Source: Macrostomum lignano (taxonomy: Eukaryota). Taken from it: a stretch of 64,000 bases of DNA. Under the pieces are notes generated by a model. It did not search any database and was not told the DNA's origin. It saw only the letters and a list, made by a program, of their open reading frames with translations. Within the stretch, counting starts at the first letter, position 1. Every line of letters begins with the position of its first letter. Shown here piece after piece: positions 63,656 through 64,000 of the stretch. Made by a program: the position numbers and the translations under genes. The stretch covers positions 620,001 through 684,000 of the forward strand of contig NIVC01000029.1 in assembly GCA_002269645.1 (NCBI GenBank). Reading direction: 5' to 3'.

Positions 63656-64000
63656 TGAGGCCGGGGGGTCTCGTGTTTCGGTCTTTGTGGACTGGCTTGA
63701 TGTATACACCGTTGGTAGGCAGTTTACTGTCTGCAATTATAACAAAGCGGGTTTATCTTTTATCGCAAGCAATCCGGCGATTTTCTTCTATCTAAATATG
63801 AAACTCCTATCGAATAGGAACTGCTTAAAATGGGGAAAAGAAGTTCTTCAAGAGTCCAGACAGTCGCCAGCCAATCAGATTGGTTGAAAGGTTGGGGCCA
63901 CGTTTTTTTTCCAAAGCAGTCAGACAAACTGGACAAGAACCCGGACTCTCTATGCGTGTACAACACAAAGCAGCTCAGCTAGTAGCAGGTCCAGCCCTAT

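Overview
Eukaryotic (metazoan) genomic DNA. The codon style and the minisatellite-filled introns suggest a free-living flatworm such as Macrostomum; this is inference only. Three spliced minus-strand genes were reconstructed by hand from GT-AG sites and reading phase: (1) the 5' part of a GCN5/PCAF (KAT2) gene, 5 exons at 431-6222, running off the window start and almost invisible in the ORF track; (2) a complete 13-exon DOP1/Dopey gene at 9740-23797, about 1986 aa; (3) a complete 3-exon NIM1K kinase at 51176-63655, about 501 aa, ending in a CaaX motif. Between DOP1 and NIM1K is an accessory zone with an intronless secreted PAN+LamG gene, a Gly-rich-domain pseudogene, a C2H2 zinc-finger gene fragment and many mobile elements: a 5'-inverted RTE-like LINE with TSD, a rearranged Ty1/copia, Crypton-like and Merlin fragments, an I-group LINE 3' end, and hAT MITEs (one carrying a 1.65 kb minisatellite). 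An internally deleted P element lies in NIM1K intron 1. About 30 tandem arrays explain most of the long ORFs in the track. No rRNA, tRNA or CRISPR features were recognised. The most interesting observations are mutually complementary minisatellites in two DOP1 introns, AG|GT recursive-splice-like exon starts in DOP1, a full twin-priming signature in a non-L1 LINE, and a copia-to-zinc-finger in-frame fusion with a candidate splice.
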